Part shown: one piece after another, positions 24,773 to 37,584 of the stretch
Position numbering within the stretch: the stretch's first letter is position 1
Layout: each line of letters begins with the position of its first letter
NCBI GenBank assembly: GCA_013265495.1
Contig: MU058103.1
Location: 938,870-1,002,869, forward strand
Length of the DNA stretch: 64,000 nucleotides
Direction: 5' to 3'
Source: Vicugna vicugna
Lineage: Eukaryota
Program-made: the position numbers and the translations under genes
The notes under the pieces: generated by a model
What the model was told of the DNA's origin: nothing
What the model saw: the letters and a program-made list of their open reading frames with translations, nothing else
The model's database searches: none

Positions 24773-27615
24773 TTGGTACGTGAGTCCAAGTCCTGTTCTC
24801 CCTTCCTAGTTTTGCTGAAAGTGAGGCATCTGAATATAAGTGAATAATATATATTTTATTGTCTATTACTGTTATTTCTTTAAACTGGAGTGGCTATTTG
24901 GGAACTGGGGGGAAAAAAAACCCTGAAAATAACCAAGATGATTGAGTTTTGTAATGACGCATTAGAGTAGGAATTTGTATTTCTCTGTCTGTGCTTTTGA
25001 GATGTAAATGATCTGCATGGGCTCTAAAGGAAAAAAGGTTTTTTAAGAACTCAGGCAGAAAAACTGTGAGATCTCTGGTTCTATCTGTCTTTATGTAAAG
25101 ATTAACATGTAAAAGAGCTCTATTTAATTGGCTTAAAAGCGCTTACAAATTACATACTTCTAAGTATAAAAGAAACTAGACAACAAATTTTAGGCTCACG
25201 TGATCTAGGAAATATTCAAAATTAAATAAATATCTGATATTAAAGCTTGCTTAAGCTTGTTTGTTAGTATAATCAACACAGACATGTCTTTTATTTTACC
25301 TAGGTTTACTAAAGGTCAATACGTTCATGTTATTTCTGTTGCAGAGTTTGTCAGAAAGAAAAAAAATTCAGCTGACTTGGTATGAAAAATTCTTATAAGT
25401 AAATTGAGTACAAATAACAAGAGTTTTTGGGTGAACTCATTGAAAATAATTCTGTTTTAGAAATGTCTGTTTAAAAATGATCTCTCTAGATATTTGGTAA
25501 ATCAAAATTTTAGAGTTGTACTAACTTAAGTTTGATAATGGAAGTCTGTTAAATAGCTAGGTCATTCCCAAGTAAAATAAGGTATTGGAACATTATTTAC
25601 TGAACACTGGCTTTCCCTTTACAGTTAAACTAAAGGTGTTTAGGACTATTATTAAATATGTTTGGTGCCACACTGAGATATATTCTGTAAAAGGCACATG
25701 TTTTTAGAAATTATTGGTATTTATGTTTGCCAACTTACAGAATGTTAATGTGAAAGACTAATAATTGCTTATTTCTTGGGTTTCACTAGAAATTATGGTT
25801 TTTAAGACTTGAGGATTCAAATTTAAAAATGTCATTAAAGCTACTAAAAATAATAAAGGAAATATTTCAGTAACCAGTGAGAAGGTAGGATATATGTTTG
25901 GAGTAAAAAGTATGAAGAATGGAACTGCATTTTGTTAAGGGAAAAGTTTGTAGAAAGGGACCCCTAAAAAAGGAGTTTTGTGCATGGTTGAACTGAGATT
26001 AGATTAAGTTTAAGTAAATGGTAGATGGATGTTGTTATTAAAAGGAGACTGGTGTAGGACTAGATTTGGTTCCTCTCTGTTAAGAGAACAAGTTTACTTG
26101 CTTGTGATCACAGATGCTTCTGATAAAAGACTGTGTTAAACTTTTTGATGTTGTCAAACTTGCTGTCAAACTCTAATCAATGAAAGTTCTTCTGACTTCA
26201 GCTAATTTTGAGAGGCTTTGGAGGACCCCTGAGACATCTCAGGGAAAAATATTAAACTAACTAGATTGGTTGATATGTTAAATTACAGGGCATTGTCAAA
26301 TGAGTGATAAGCCTCTTCAGATTTTACAGTGTGGATAAATGTTATTAACATAGACGTTCCGGAATTTATGTAAGGTTTCTGAAAGTTGGGTGTGTCCTGG
26401 TATAATGCTATCAGTCATAATTCTAGTTGCTCTGGCCATAAGTCTAGTTCCAGTCTAGTTATCTTAAAATGTTGTATGCCACAGCAGCTTGATTAAGCTT
26501 CTTTGTTAAAAAAAAAAAAAAAAAACAGTTGCAACCAGATCTTTAACCTTACCTTTTAAAGTATTTTATTATTCAGAGAAAGTTAAGCTGATGCTTTGCA
26601 AAACTGCTTTATCTGTAAGATTCACAAAAAGGACTTTTTGACGAGTACAGGTTTCTCTTAAAACATACTGCTGAACTGGGTAAGAAATATTAAAAGTTTA
26701 GTGAAAACTGATTTTGTAAAACTGTTAATAAAAAGGATTACATAGGATTGAGTAAACTGGTGAATATGGTTATAATTTTTTGATTTTGTCTGAGATATTA
26801 CTGGCTTTTAATTTACATTTTCTAATTGAATGGTTTATCAGATGTTTGTCCCCCTATCAGTATTATTATGTCCAGCCACACTGTTGCCCCAGTGTTCAGG
26901 ATAGAAAGAGAATTCCCTAATGGAGTTGTCACAGAGGATAAATACTCATGATATATATAACAACGCTCCACCTATGTCTCTTGCTAAAAGCATATGTACA
27001 ATGCTTGTGTAACAATTGAGTGTAAGTGATAAAATATGTGGCCAATAATGTGTTTCCTCATTAACATACCTCTGAGCCAGTTCATGGTGTGTGGTTAGAT
27101 TTTCCCCAATGTGGATAACTAGGCAAATATAAAGGAAGCCTAGCACTGAGGGACATGATCTGAATCTGGGGCAGGAGCCATTGCCCCAGTATGGGATGAA
27201 TATTTTGATTATCAATGCTTTCTACTGAAAAATTTGCAATCAACAGGGGAAATGATGGAAAAATCTATGCACATTGAGGTATGGAGAAGTCATTCTGGCT
27301 TATACATAGTTTAAGTTAAACTTTACTGATCGGAGTGACCTATTTTATGGCCTTTTGGACATGTATTGTACACCTGCTTTGGCCTTGAGGAGGGGAATGC
27401 ATTTGAAAGTCAGAATGAAGTAGCTGTGATTCAGACATTCGATGTAAAACTAGGTGGCCATTGAGGGTGTGATTTCAGCCATGTTCTTGTATCATTGAGA
27501 ACTCGAATTTTCCGAACAGTGTCATACTTAGGAGACCACCAACCATTCTCAAAGCAATGTCTACTGGAAGCTGCAACCTTATGACGTCAAGGTCTCCTCT
27601 TGTAACTATTAAATT

Positions 27616-27860
27616 TTAGATGATAAAATTGAGATCAGATGTTAGCTGAAAAAAAAGAGGTGTGTAATTAATGGTCAATAGCTCTTGTTATGTATATGTT
27701 AATACCACATCAGAAGTTAAAAACTACTTAGATAAAAGTATATCTAAGTATATATACTTAGCCATAAAAGTATATATGGCTACTTGGCTACAAGTCTGCC
27801 CTGAAGTGCCAGGTCCAGACTGGTCTTCAGGCTCATTCTCCCTAATTCCTCTGGGAGTGG
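27616..27860 (+). pseudogene. ERV env transmembrane subunit remnant (immunosuppressive domain and CX6CC region)
   Basis: LDDKI/DQMLAEKKEVC/MVNSSCYVYVNTTSEV...ATWLQ resembles LDNRIALDYLLAEQGGVC..NTSCCxYIN..EV...ATWL; frameshifted; located just upstream of the PPT and 3' LTR. Confidence 0.72.
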
Positions 27861-28261
27861 GGAACGAGATCTATTTTGTCCGTTAAAGTTCTGGTTGTCC
27901 CTCCTCCAACTATTTCCAGCTGCGTCTGTCGGGTCTGTTAGTCCACCAAAAGGGTGGACTAAAGGACTGGGGTCTTGATCATACAAGACTCGGATCCAGG
28001 ACTTGGAACTCAGAAGTATTTTCAGTTCGGTGTCCATCCCCCACACTGAGGCAGGACTGCACCCCACTTCAGCAGGAAGTCGCCAGGGCAGCCTTTGCCT
28101 CATTCCCTGAAAGATCTGAGGAGGGATGAAATAGGATTGGAGATTGGAACCAAGTCCTCCTGAAACCAGGTTCCTCTGCTGAGTTTACGGTTAACCTCTC
28201 TGTCTAAAACATTATATCCTTTCTTGTCCAACACCTGTTCTCCCTAAGATTGAGGAGTATC

Positions 28262-28278
28262 AAAGAAAAGTGGGGAAA
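28262..28278 (+). promoter_or_regulatory. Polypurine tract of the provirus
   Basis: AAAGAAAAGTGGGGAAA immediately before the TG of the 3' LTR. Confidence 0.85.
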
Positions 28279-28746
28279 TGTAACTGAGCAGGACTCTGTG
28301 GGGCCTTCCACGGTCAGACCCCTCCATATCCTCTGCAGTAACTCCTCTCTGAAATACCCAGATGATAGTATCTCACGTATATTTCCTAAGCTTTTCAGAT
28401 GCTTAAAACTACCACCAAAGGAAAGAAAGTAACTACTTGATGGAAAGCCCATAAACCCCAGACCTTCTGGTCCCTAGGGGTTGATAGTGTTGACCGCTGT
28501 TACCTCAACATCAGCCAGCAGAGAATTGTGCATGAGCTGATCGGGCACCCTGCGACCCCCTCCCTCACCTGGGCTTTAAATAAGCTTTGCTGAAACACTT
28601 TGGGAAGTTTGGGGTTTTTCTTGAGCATGAGCCACCCCATCCTCCTTACTTTGCCCTGCAGTAAACCTTTCTCTGCTCCAGACTTCCATGTTTCAGTCTG
28701 TTTGGCCTCATGGTGCAGTGGGCACATGAACTTGCCTTCTGTAACA
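28279..28746 (+). mobile_element. 3' LTR of the provirus
   Basis: TGTAAC...TGTAACA followed by the TSD GAAG; colinear with the 5' LTR. Confidence 0.92.
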
Positions 28747-28929
28747 GAAGGTCGTATACCATTGTATGGTATAATATTTTTTGACCCTCCCAAAATGAAT
28801 TTTTGCCTCCTTGGAGATACATCACTTCTATTGGGAATGCATGCTGATACCAGGAACCACACCATTTCTGTTACCCCCTATTTTGGACTCAGAGTTGGAC
28901 TTTTCCTTGTGAGACAATAGGATACTATT

Positions 28930-29145
28930 TAAGATAATGGCAGAGGGATTCAGGCAGACCTGAAATCAAACCCTGTTCCTGAACTCTTTCTACTTTGGGC
29001 AAATGGTTTCCTATCATACTTCCATCAGTTTCCTCATTTGACAAATGAGGACAACGATACCTGACAGAGAGGACTGTTGTGAGCTTCAGACAAGATAAGA
29101 CATGTAAGTTGCTCCACGTAACAGTTCTCAGAAAAATTGTAGCCG
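28930..29145 (+). mobile_element. MIR SINE
   Basis: CTTTGGGCAA..CAGTTTCCTCATTTG..AAATGAGGA..TGTTGTGAG. Confidence 0.7.
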
Positions 29146-29295
29146 TCTGTCATTGTGATGGGCGTAGCATTCTATGTGGAGGATAACATGGGAAATGACA
29201 TGGAGAGAGCTGGGGACGAGTTTGGGGAGACACACTGTGGTGAGGAGGCTGACTTATCTTGGAGAATAGGGAGAAAATAAAAGTCAGGGCATCTC

Positions 29296-29414
29296 AAATA
29301 TGAAAATGAATATATGTATACGTATGCATGACTGGGACATTGTGCTGTACACCAGAGATGGACACATTGTAATTGACTGTACTTCACTAATAAATAATAA
29401 TAATAAATAAATAA
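29296..29414 (+). mobile_element. Very short 5'-truncated L1 3' end with ~16-bp TSD
   Basis: ATATGAAAATGAATATATG..GCTGTACACCAGA..ACATTGTAATTGACT.TACTTCA plus A-rich tail; flanked by AAAAGTCAGGGCATCT and AAAGGTCAGGGCATCT. Confidence 0.85.
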
Positions 29415-29449
29415 AAAGGTCAGGGCATCTTGGATCACAGTGGACCTTA

Positions 29450-29680
29450 AAACTCAGAGTAGGAACTTGGTATAGGAGGATGTCTACTGTTCTACCACAT
29501 TAGCTCTCAAATTTACCAGCAGTGTGACCTGGGGAATTGATGTAATTTCTGAATTTTAATCTCCTCATTACTAAATAGGGGATCACGTTGTACTGAGCAC
29601 ATAGGGAAGTTGTAAAGAATTAATGAATTAACTGCATATGCAAAGCAATATATGTGTGTGGTGAATAATAGTTCACTCTG
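29450..29680 (+). mobile_element. MIR SINE
   Basis: AGCAGTGTGACCTGGGG..TCTCCTCAT..TAAATAGGG..GTTGTAAAGAATTAATGA. Confidence 0.65.
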
Positions 29681-32600
29681 GCAGGATAAACCCACAGATG
29701 AATCATAAGTGGGTTTAGGCTGTGGCAAAAGATAATCCTAGTCAGGTAAATAGATTGGTTCAGAGTCTCAGATTCATAGGCATCTAGGGTTATAAACGGG
29801 TAATAATTGGAGGCTTCTAAGCTATTGTCATTAGTTCCAAAAATCTAGTACAAATTAGGCATGTCTGTAAAATAAAAAAATTCTGGAACTGTCTTACATT
29901 AGAAAATACCGTTTGTCACTTCCATAGCAGAATTACAGGCTAGCAGTGACTTCTAGTTTTTGATTGATAAAGTCAAGGAAATGAATTATTTTAGAACAAG
30001 CCTATACTTTGGAGCCAGAAACAGGAGTAGGTCTGCATCTAAGTCTATATCCATGAGAAGATGACCTAACCTTTCTGAATCTTACTTTTCTTACCCATCA
30101 AATGGGGGTAATAATATCTACTATGAACGATTATTTTCAGGATACGGGGAAATAATATACAGAAAGCTCCCAGCAAAATGACTGACGTGAAAAGTATTCT
30201 CTAAATATCATTCCCTCCCATCCACTGATAAATGCAAGTTTGAAATGATATTTCAAAATGTGAGGTCTTATGAGGACAGCCTAGATAAAGGAGCCTTGCT
30301 ACGGAAAAGCAAAACAGACCATTGTTACACGGAGGATTCAGGAGACTGTGGTCCTAATTGTGTCAGAAAGGTGGCGGAGGGAGTGGGACGCCCTTTCAGG
30401 AGAAAGTTCCAGGTGGAAGTAATATCAGATATTATTAGTGTCATCCTATCTTGAGAAGACTGGGACTGAGCTGGAGTTTCAACCCCAAAGCCTCTACCAG
30501 GAAACCACAGGGGTTCCCCTGTGTTCTTTAAGAACGAGAAATGTATCTCATGCAAGTTTATATCTGACCCACTACCTCCCAAGAAGCCTTCCTGACATCC
30601 TTATATATGGTGGTGGTTCAATTAATCTTTGTTGAATGGATGTCGGGCTCAGGAATGAAAGAGGGCATGGATGAATGGGAGAATGTATGGAGAGCTGGCT
30701 GGCTGGCTGGCTGGCTGAATATATGGCAAGAAACGGCTGATTACTTCTTGTAGAACGTGCAGCTATGCACAAAATACAGTTAAAAGGAAACAAATTGCAT
30801 GACCCTTGTTATTGAAGAATAGCAATAGGATTGGACAACTAGAACAACTCTAGAAAGACCAGTCATTGTCTGAATCTGGCACAGACGTTAGAATCATTGA
30901 TTCAGACATGGTTAATCCTGGAAGGGTTTTCAGCGATGCAATATCCGCTTTCTCGATTTAGAGATGAAGGTAAGAAAGTGACAGTGACTCGGGAAGAACT
31001 GCCCAGCTAATATGTGACTGAACTATAATTTGAATCTTTCTCATAACGTCTGTGATCTAGTGCACTTTTGGCTGCAATAGCTTGTCATTACTTTAGTAAT
31101 GACAAACAGTAGGACAAGTATTGTTTTCTCTTCTGGCTTCCTAAAGAAACAAAGTATTACTAGCTAAGGAAAGGGAGAAGTTTGGGCTTTCTAAAGAGGT
31201 AGGTAGCTCCTCTAGATGGGTGTGTCACACTCCCAAGCCTGATTCAGACCTACAAGTTGAAGGAGGTTAAAGTAATGTTCTTACTGTTTTTATTTATAAA
31301 GTCATACTTCTGCCAAACCAGAGGATATATTTAACCCATATAAATCTTTTCTTGTTAAATAGAAGAACTAGACTAGGATTTATAAGCATTCCTTAGGGAC
31401 CAAACTCAGTCACACTTTTTGAAAGTCCATGATTGATTATAAAACATACATGAAAAACCTGAAACCTCCAGCATTTATGCACGTTGCATAGGAAAAAATA
31501 TATCTATAAACAGAGGAACAGGTTTACAAATCATGCAATAAATCCAAAATAAAGGGATTTGATTTTGCCGACCTTATTTTGCACTTGAGATGTAAATGAT
31601 TTATCTTACGAATCAGGACTCTAACGTCCCCCCATCATAATGAAGTTTGCAAATCCCAACCCTTAACTTTGGCTTACAACTCTAGCTAAAAATTCTATCT
31701 ATCTTTTATAATTCTGGTTCTTTCTCAGGATAAAATTGGGTCATGATGTTTCAGCATGTAAGTGATGGTGATTGCAAGGACTGTGTTCACCGTTCTCCTT
31801 ATCAGGGAATTACTGAGAATCAGAAGGTTCTTTTTAGTAAGTTACATTCTCACACACTATGTGAGTGTGATAACACATGTTAGACACATTACAAGCGAAA
31901 AGGAGGAAATCAAAGTGTGCTTAGCATTGGTTGGGCTAACTCAGCTTTCATAATGAGATGTCTTTCTGAAGACATCAACTAGTTTAAAAGGGCACAGATG
32001 GAGACAGGTAGAGTTTTATCCTGCACCTGTCCCATGGTGATGCTCCAAGCTCATCAGTCCCTGGAACAGAGCCTGACTGACCAGGTGGTAATATTTCACA
32101 AGCACCTCTCACATCAGCCTCATCACAGCACAGTGACATGGCACTATCCACAAGGAAGGTGTATTTGTTTCTCTTTCTCCACTTACATATAAGACAACTT
32201 TTAGTAGACACAGTTTCTCAGTTACGTGTCACTATCATGGCTGTTGTTTTCCAAGAATCTGTTATGAGCCAGATGATATCTTGACACTTTTACATACATT
32301 ATGTCTTTCAATCTTCCTAAGAATGCCATGGATTTGGTTGCAGACCAGGAAACTGAGTATCTGAAAACGTGCATGTCTTTCCCAATTTCACATAACCAAT
32401 CTCCTGTACCAGGAAGAGGTTTTAGAGGCTGGCTGGGATTAGACTTCATAAACCTAGATGCTCCCTGGGGCCAGGTATGCTACCTAATTGAGTGATGCCC
32501 ATCAGGCGGATGCTCTGCCTAGAACACTCGGGCAACTGTCTCCGTCAGCCAATTGTTGCCCTTGGAAACAGAAGCTCAGAAGCTCTAGAGCAGATGTTTC

Positions 32601-34239
32601 CAGAGAGGACTAGGTTTGAAACCTAGTCTTTTACATGAAAATGACTGATTTTTAAGTAACTAGTCTTACTTTAGGAATTTTAATTCTTAAACATTGTGCT
32701 GACTACATGATACATCAAAAGACCAGATATGACACAAAATCTGGCAATTTAAGACTTCTGCTACAGATATTAAAACATCTAGAATTGCCTCTTCATGTAC
32801 AGATTTTTTTTTTTAATTTTTGAAGGGTTTGATGGGGGTGATTCTTTTCATGTCATCGGAGACTTTTCTATGTTTCTATTGCATGGAATTAATCCAATTA
32901 GTAAAGCTCAGACATTAATTTATAACATACCCCAACATACCCTAACATTGTTCATGTTATTTCCAATGGGATCAATTATTTTTTTTCCTGTTTCTCATCC
33001 TCATCCAACCTTATTGATGTTTTTATCCATCATTGTGAGTTTTCTCTGTGGACATTATTTCTACCATGTACAGTTCTTCTGGGTCAGATTTGATAAGTCT
33101 AAACCTTACCTATACATTTTTAGCAAATGCCAAATTCCCTTTGTGTGAATTATTTTTTCTAGTAATATTGTTAATTAATTCATTTATTAATTGAATAAAG
33201 CCTGTTCATTTGCATTTATGTCTTAGCAAACCCTTGAGAACATGATGATTGACTCCCCTTGGATAATTCAGGGTTGCTTCATCTTCTAAGAATTCTATAA
33301 AGGATTTCTGGTCATTTTGCATATTTTGTCCTGGCCATCCGACTAGAGATGTGTGGGATTTATTAGAGGAAGGAGAGCTCAAGGTTGGTGGAAACGACCT
33401 TATTGATGTAGGTTTAAACACTCGAGTATTATATTTCATTCCGCTGCCTGAGTAATTTAATAAAAGTGTGACTTCTGAAAGACTTGCTGAATAGGACACG
33501 TTGTAAAGTAACGCTCATTTAACGAGCCTGACAAATATAAGAAGTCTGAAATCCACCAAGAATATGACAGAAATTGGTAATTGGTTCTGTCCTGTAATCC
33601 ACTGCCTCTTTAGACTAAGGCTATGTTTTGTTTTAAATCCAGTCTATCTTGTTCATCAGAGTTATTGAAACATTGCCTGTAATAACTGCATCAACCTTCT
33701 GAGCTAACACCTAGCTGATTTAGCCCTAATTCACTGACAAGTCCTCTTAAGCTTGTATGTTTAACCTTTTTTCTGTTAATCTTAGAAAGTTTTGTGTCCT
33801 TATATGACTGTATTAACTGAAAGAAAAAATTATATTTCTTGAATTGTATTTAATGCTTATGTTTTTAAAGAGAAAGTGGGACTTTTTTTTAAGAGTTTGA
33901 GTCCTATGACAGCCTCAGGAAATAATCAAAATCTAATATCAGAGGCTTCATCTTTGTTCTGTGGGGAAAACAAAATTTGATGCTATATCTGAAAATCAAG
34001 CCAATTTAAATTGAGTATGTCCAGGGTCTCTCTCCTTTATTTCCCCTCCAATCATGGTGGTACGATGCTCCCAGCCTTCACAGAGCTGATACATTATTTC
34101 ACAGTTCTTAGTTTGATGTTTTGCTAGAATTTGCCAGGTCCTTCAAAAGAGCATGTCCAATTGCGCTTATTTCATAGAAAAATGGCCCCAGGGAGAGAGG
34201 CTACCTACTGTGCCTTCTGCATTCCACACATAGCATCCA

Positions 34240-34270
34240 GTCGTCGTCATCATCATCATCATCATCATCA
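34240..34270. repeat. (CGT)/(CAT)n trinucleotide repeat
   Basis: GTCGTCGTCATCATCATCATCATCATCATCA. Confidence 0.9.
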
Positions 34271-34700
34271 AATTACCAGGAATAGCTACCGCTAAGAGTC
34301 TCTAGTATTCTGCTAGAAGTGGAAACAATATATTTTCATAAGCCCTACAGACTACTCTACATTGAAGTTAGAATTTCTTTTCTTTTTCACAGGGCAAGCT
34401 GCGGATCTCAGAGAGTCCAAATACTTGCCTAAGGTCCTCTATCTCCACGACCATTGCTCTTTTCCTAGTAGCATTTCTACATATAAATGAAGCTGGTTTT
34501 TTCTTCGTGGTTCTGGGGAAATGCATTTTTCTCTTAGTAATACAGGGGAGATTTTTCTACTTTTCTCACAGTTTTTGGAAATCTGGTATTATACTTAAGT
34601 GAAGCTTAAGACATTTAAAAAATTTTTTTTTTCATTTGTCCTGAAGAAACTTCACTTTTTCAGGTGAAAGAGTCAACATTTGACAAGGTTTTTTTCATTT

Positions 34701-34732
34701 TTTGTTTTGTTTTGTTTTGTTTTGTTTTGTTT
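34701..34732. repeat. (GTTTT)n pentanucleotide repeat
   Basis: About 6 perfect units. Confidence 0.9.
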
Positions 34733-34794
34733 CCCCCTGTGTACCAGGTCCTTTGAGGAGCTCTGGAGACATGTGGACAGTTAATATGCAAATT

Positions 34795-35050
34795 ATACTA
34801 GCAGTTAACATTCAATGAGCAATCGACTACTTGCCAGCTACTGTTTTGAGTGCTTTATATCCATTATTAAGCCATCAAATCCTCACAATAACCCAATGAA
34901 GTAGTTACTGTTATCCCCCTCCCCCATTTTTCAGATGTGGAAACTGAAGCATGGGGAATTTAAGTAGTGTCTTGCTGAAGGTGGTGGAGCTGGGAATTGA
35001 ACCTAGTCAGTCTGACCTCATAGCCCTGGTTGTTAAACCCCACACTATAT
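34795..35050 (-). mobile_element. MIR SINE
   Basis: AATCCTCACAATAACCC.ATGA.GTAG.TACT..CCCATTTT.CAGATGTGGAAACTGA..GAGCTGGGAATTGAACC. Confidence 0.8.
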
Positions 35051-35516
35051 CATGTCTCTATATTACCATTTCTACCCTCAAACAGTTCACACACTGCTGA
35101 AGGAGACAAATGGACAAAAAAAATTATGTCCTGCCACAAGTGTATAAATATTGATTTACAGAGATCATTAAGAAATAATAAAGGAGAAAACTCTAACAGA
35201 ACATGGCAAATATTTGGTATGGTGAACAGGAAGAAGAGTGGCCTAGGACGATTCTAAGAGAAGTGGCACCTGCCCTGCGTGAGCCTTACAATAAGAGAAG
35301 ATCAGAGGGAGGAGCCCTCGAGGCCAAGGGATCCAAGGTGTGACAAACAATTCTGAAATTTTCTTTTAACTCTAGAACTTTAAATTGTCTACTATTCATG
35401 TGTTTTCTTGTTGACCATACCTTGTATTTGAATTGCACTGCACACCTGTTCTCTCTCTTGTTCAGGTATGCAAGGCGCACATACAAAAGAATGATCTTTT
35501 CTTCTTCAGAGATGGT

Positions 35517-36187
35517 TGTCGCTAGTGGGTGTAACCGGTGTTCCAGGTTCTTATCCTGTTCCAGAAAGAATTCAGAGACAAGACGTAGTGGTTAAAAAAA
35601 GTAAAGTGAGAATTTATTAAAGGATGGATTGTACACTCTCAGGGGGAGAGCGGGCAGGCTCAGGTGAGCAGTGGACCTGTGTTTCTTTGTCAAGCTGGTT
35701 ACATAGGGTGTAAAAATGAATGGGCTGAATATTCATTGGGGACGGAAGGGTTTGGGGTCGTATTCCCTGATTATCATCCCAACTCCACCTTCCCAAAGGG
35801 AGGAGGGATTTTTGTCCTTATTTAGTCTGGATTGGAAGTATCATGGCATCGGTTTGTGATGGATACTTCTGATCTGCAAGGCTAATTTTATTGAAATGAG
35901 GGCATAATGAGCAAAAGGTTACATTCGGACACTGAAAGTTCCTGCCTTTTCTTTGTTAGTCTAGTTCCTGCCTTTGTTAGTCTCCAGGCCACTCATCACC
36001 CCAAACAGGTGTGATCACTTATCAGCCCAAAGGTTCCTGCTTTTCCTTCTCTGCCCAGGGACCCCTGGTGCTTACATGATGTATGGTTTCCTGTATTTGG
36101 CCTGTTCCCCTCCTTTCTGCCCAATTCCTGCCATTTGGTCTGCGTCCCCCTTCTCTGCTCACATCTAGCTATCTGCCTGCTCCAACA
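35517..36187 (-). mobile_element. Solo ERV LTR (~670 bp) inserted into a MIR
   Basis: TG...CA ends; near-TSD TGGT/TGAT; minus-strand AATAAA (TTTATT near 35613); the flanks rejoin to a MIR-core-like sequence. Confidence 0.8.
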
Positions 36188-37584
36188 TGATGAAAGTAAA
36201 GTGTTCAAAGTAAAGTGATACTACAATTGTAATACAGGTAAGTTAATGGCAGAGCCAAGACTCTGAGACCCCAGTTCTAAGATCTTTCCATTAGATTTTG
36301 GCTTCTACCAGGAAGTCAAGTTCTAGTTCACCAAGTCCTTAAAGTCTTTCTAAATAATAGTTATGATTACTAATTACCAAGTGCTTGTACAAGAGAAGGT
36401 ATAGTGTTAAGCATTTAATATGCATGATCTTTTAAAAATGTTAGATATCTATTTATAAAGACTTAAAAAATCCAATTTTATATGTGAGAAGACAAAAATC
36501 TGGAGAGGTTATATAATTTTCATAATAAAGTTATTTCACCAAGACTGTTAATAAACGAAGTCAAAAGCTGCTCTAAAGACTCCAGTAAGCAAACATTTGC
36601 ATTTAGTGGCCAAACTCAAATCAGCTTTTAGATGCTTGTGCTAATACGTAGTCAATAGTAATATTTGTACTTGCCTGTCTCGCTTGGCAGTTTTGTAGTA
36701 TTGTACTTTTTTAATAATCTGAATTTTGCCCCGGTTCCTGGCTTCATGACAAAGCGACCCTCAATATTCCATCTTCTCCAATGTACCATCTCTGTTTGTC
36801 ATAACTGACTTTGAGGTCAAAGATTCATTATAGGATAATCTTCTGACAAGTATTCTATTTTCGGATTTCTATTTTCTTCTGGAAGCAATGAATGGGCAAC
36901 GTCTTAGGTGGTAGTAAAAATAAAAAGACACTGGGAGTTATTCTACCAAAACCAAGATTCTCGAATATGTAAAGGTACCCTTCTTGAAGCCACACATCTT
37001 AACCTTTATTAAGTGCCTGTCGTGCTCCACTAATCCATGCTGTTTTTAGAAGACCAAGTGAAGCTAAGTATTCACATCTCTGTTTCGCAGAGAGAAAACT
37101 AAGTCTTGTCGCACCTAAGAGAATGTTGTAAGCTGCATGGTTTGAGGCAGAGGCAGGGTTCAAAGGGAAGTTTTCTCCTTTACACCTCCTGCCCTGCCCT
37201 GTTACAACCTTCAGCACATTTCCATCATTGTCACTTTCTTTGCCATGACCCTCATTGGGGTATTCTTGATACCCTGGTTCTCTTCATTGTTGGCTTTTGA
37301 TTTTTCAGAAGGTAATTATCTAAATTTAAAATCTTTTTTAGGTGATTAGAGACTTTTTCCCTCAGTTGTTATCATTCCTTTAGTAATGTATCATGAGTCA
37401 GGAGGCCTGAATATTAGTTGTAGATGCATCACCTGCTTCACAGGACTTGGCTTCTCTGCACTCAGCCCCCTCAGCTATGAAAGAGAAGCTGCCTTCTGTG
37501 CGTCTCAGACCTGATGGTACAGTAGACTCACTTGGTCTCTGTGGTTAGTTTTGTGAGATGGTACAGCGTGATTTTTTTCTTTAA

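Larger units (their letters stand above)
23071..28746 (+). mobile_element. Two-LTR ERV1 (gamma-like) provirus, non-autonomous and decayed, no recognisable pol
   Basis: Two ~470-bp direct repeats bounded by TG...CA; identical 4-bp TSD GAAG at 23067-23070 and 28747-28750; PBS after the 5' LTR and PPT before the 3' LTR; gag and env peptide remnants inside. Confidence 0.93.

Noticed and set aside
27671..27886. env ORF as a co-opted syncytin-like gene
   Set aside because: Only 71 codons are open, the ISD is frameshifted, CX6CC is altered and the upstream SU region has many stops.
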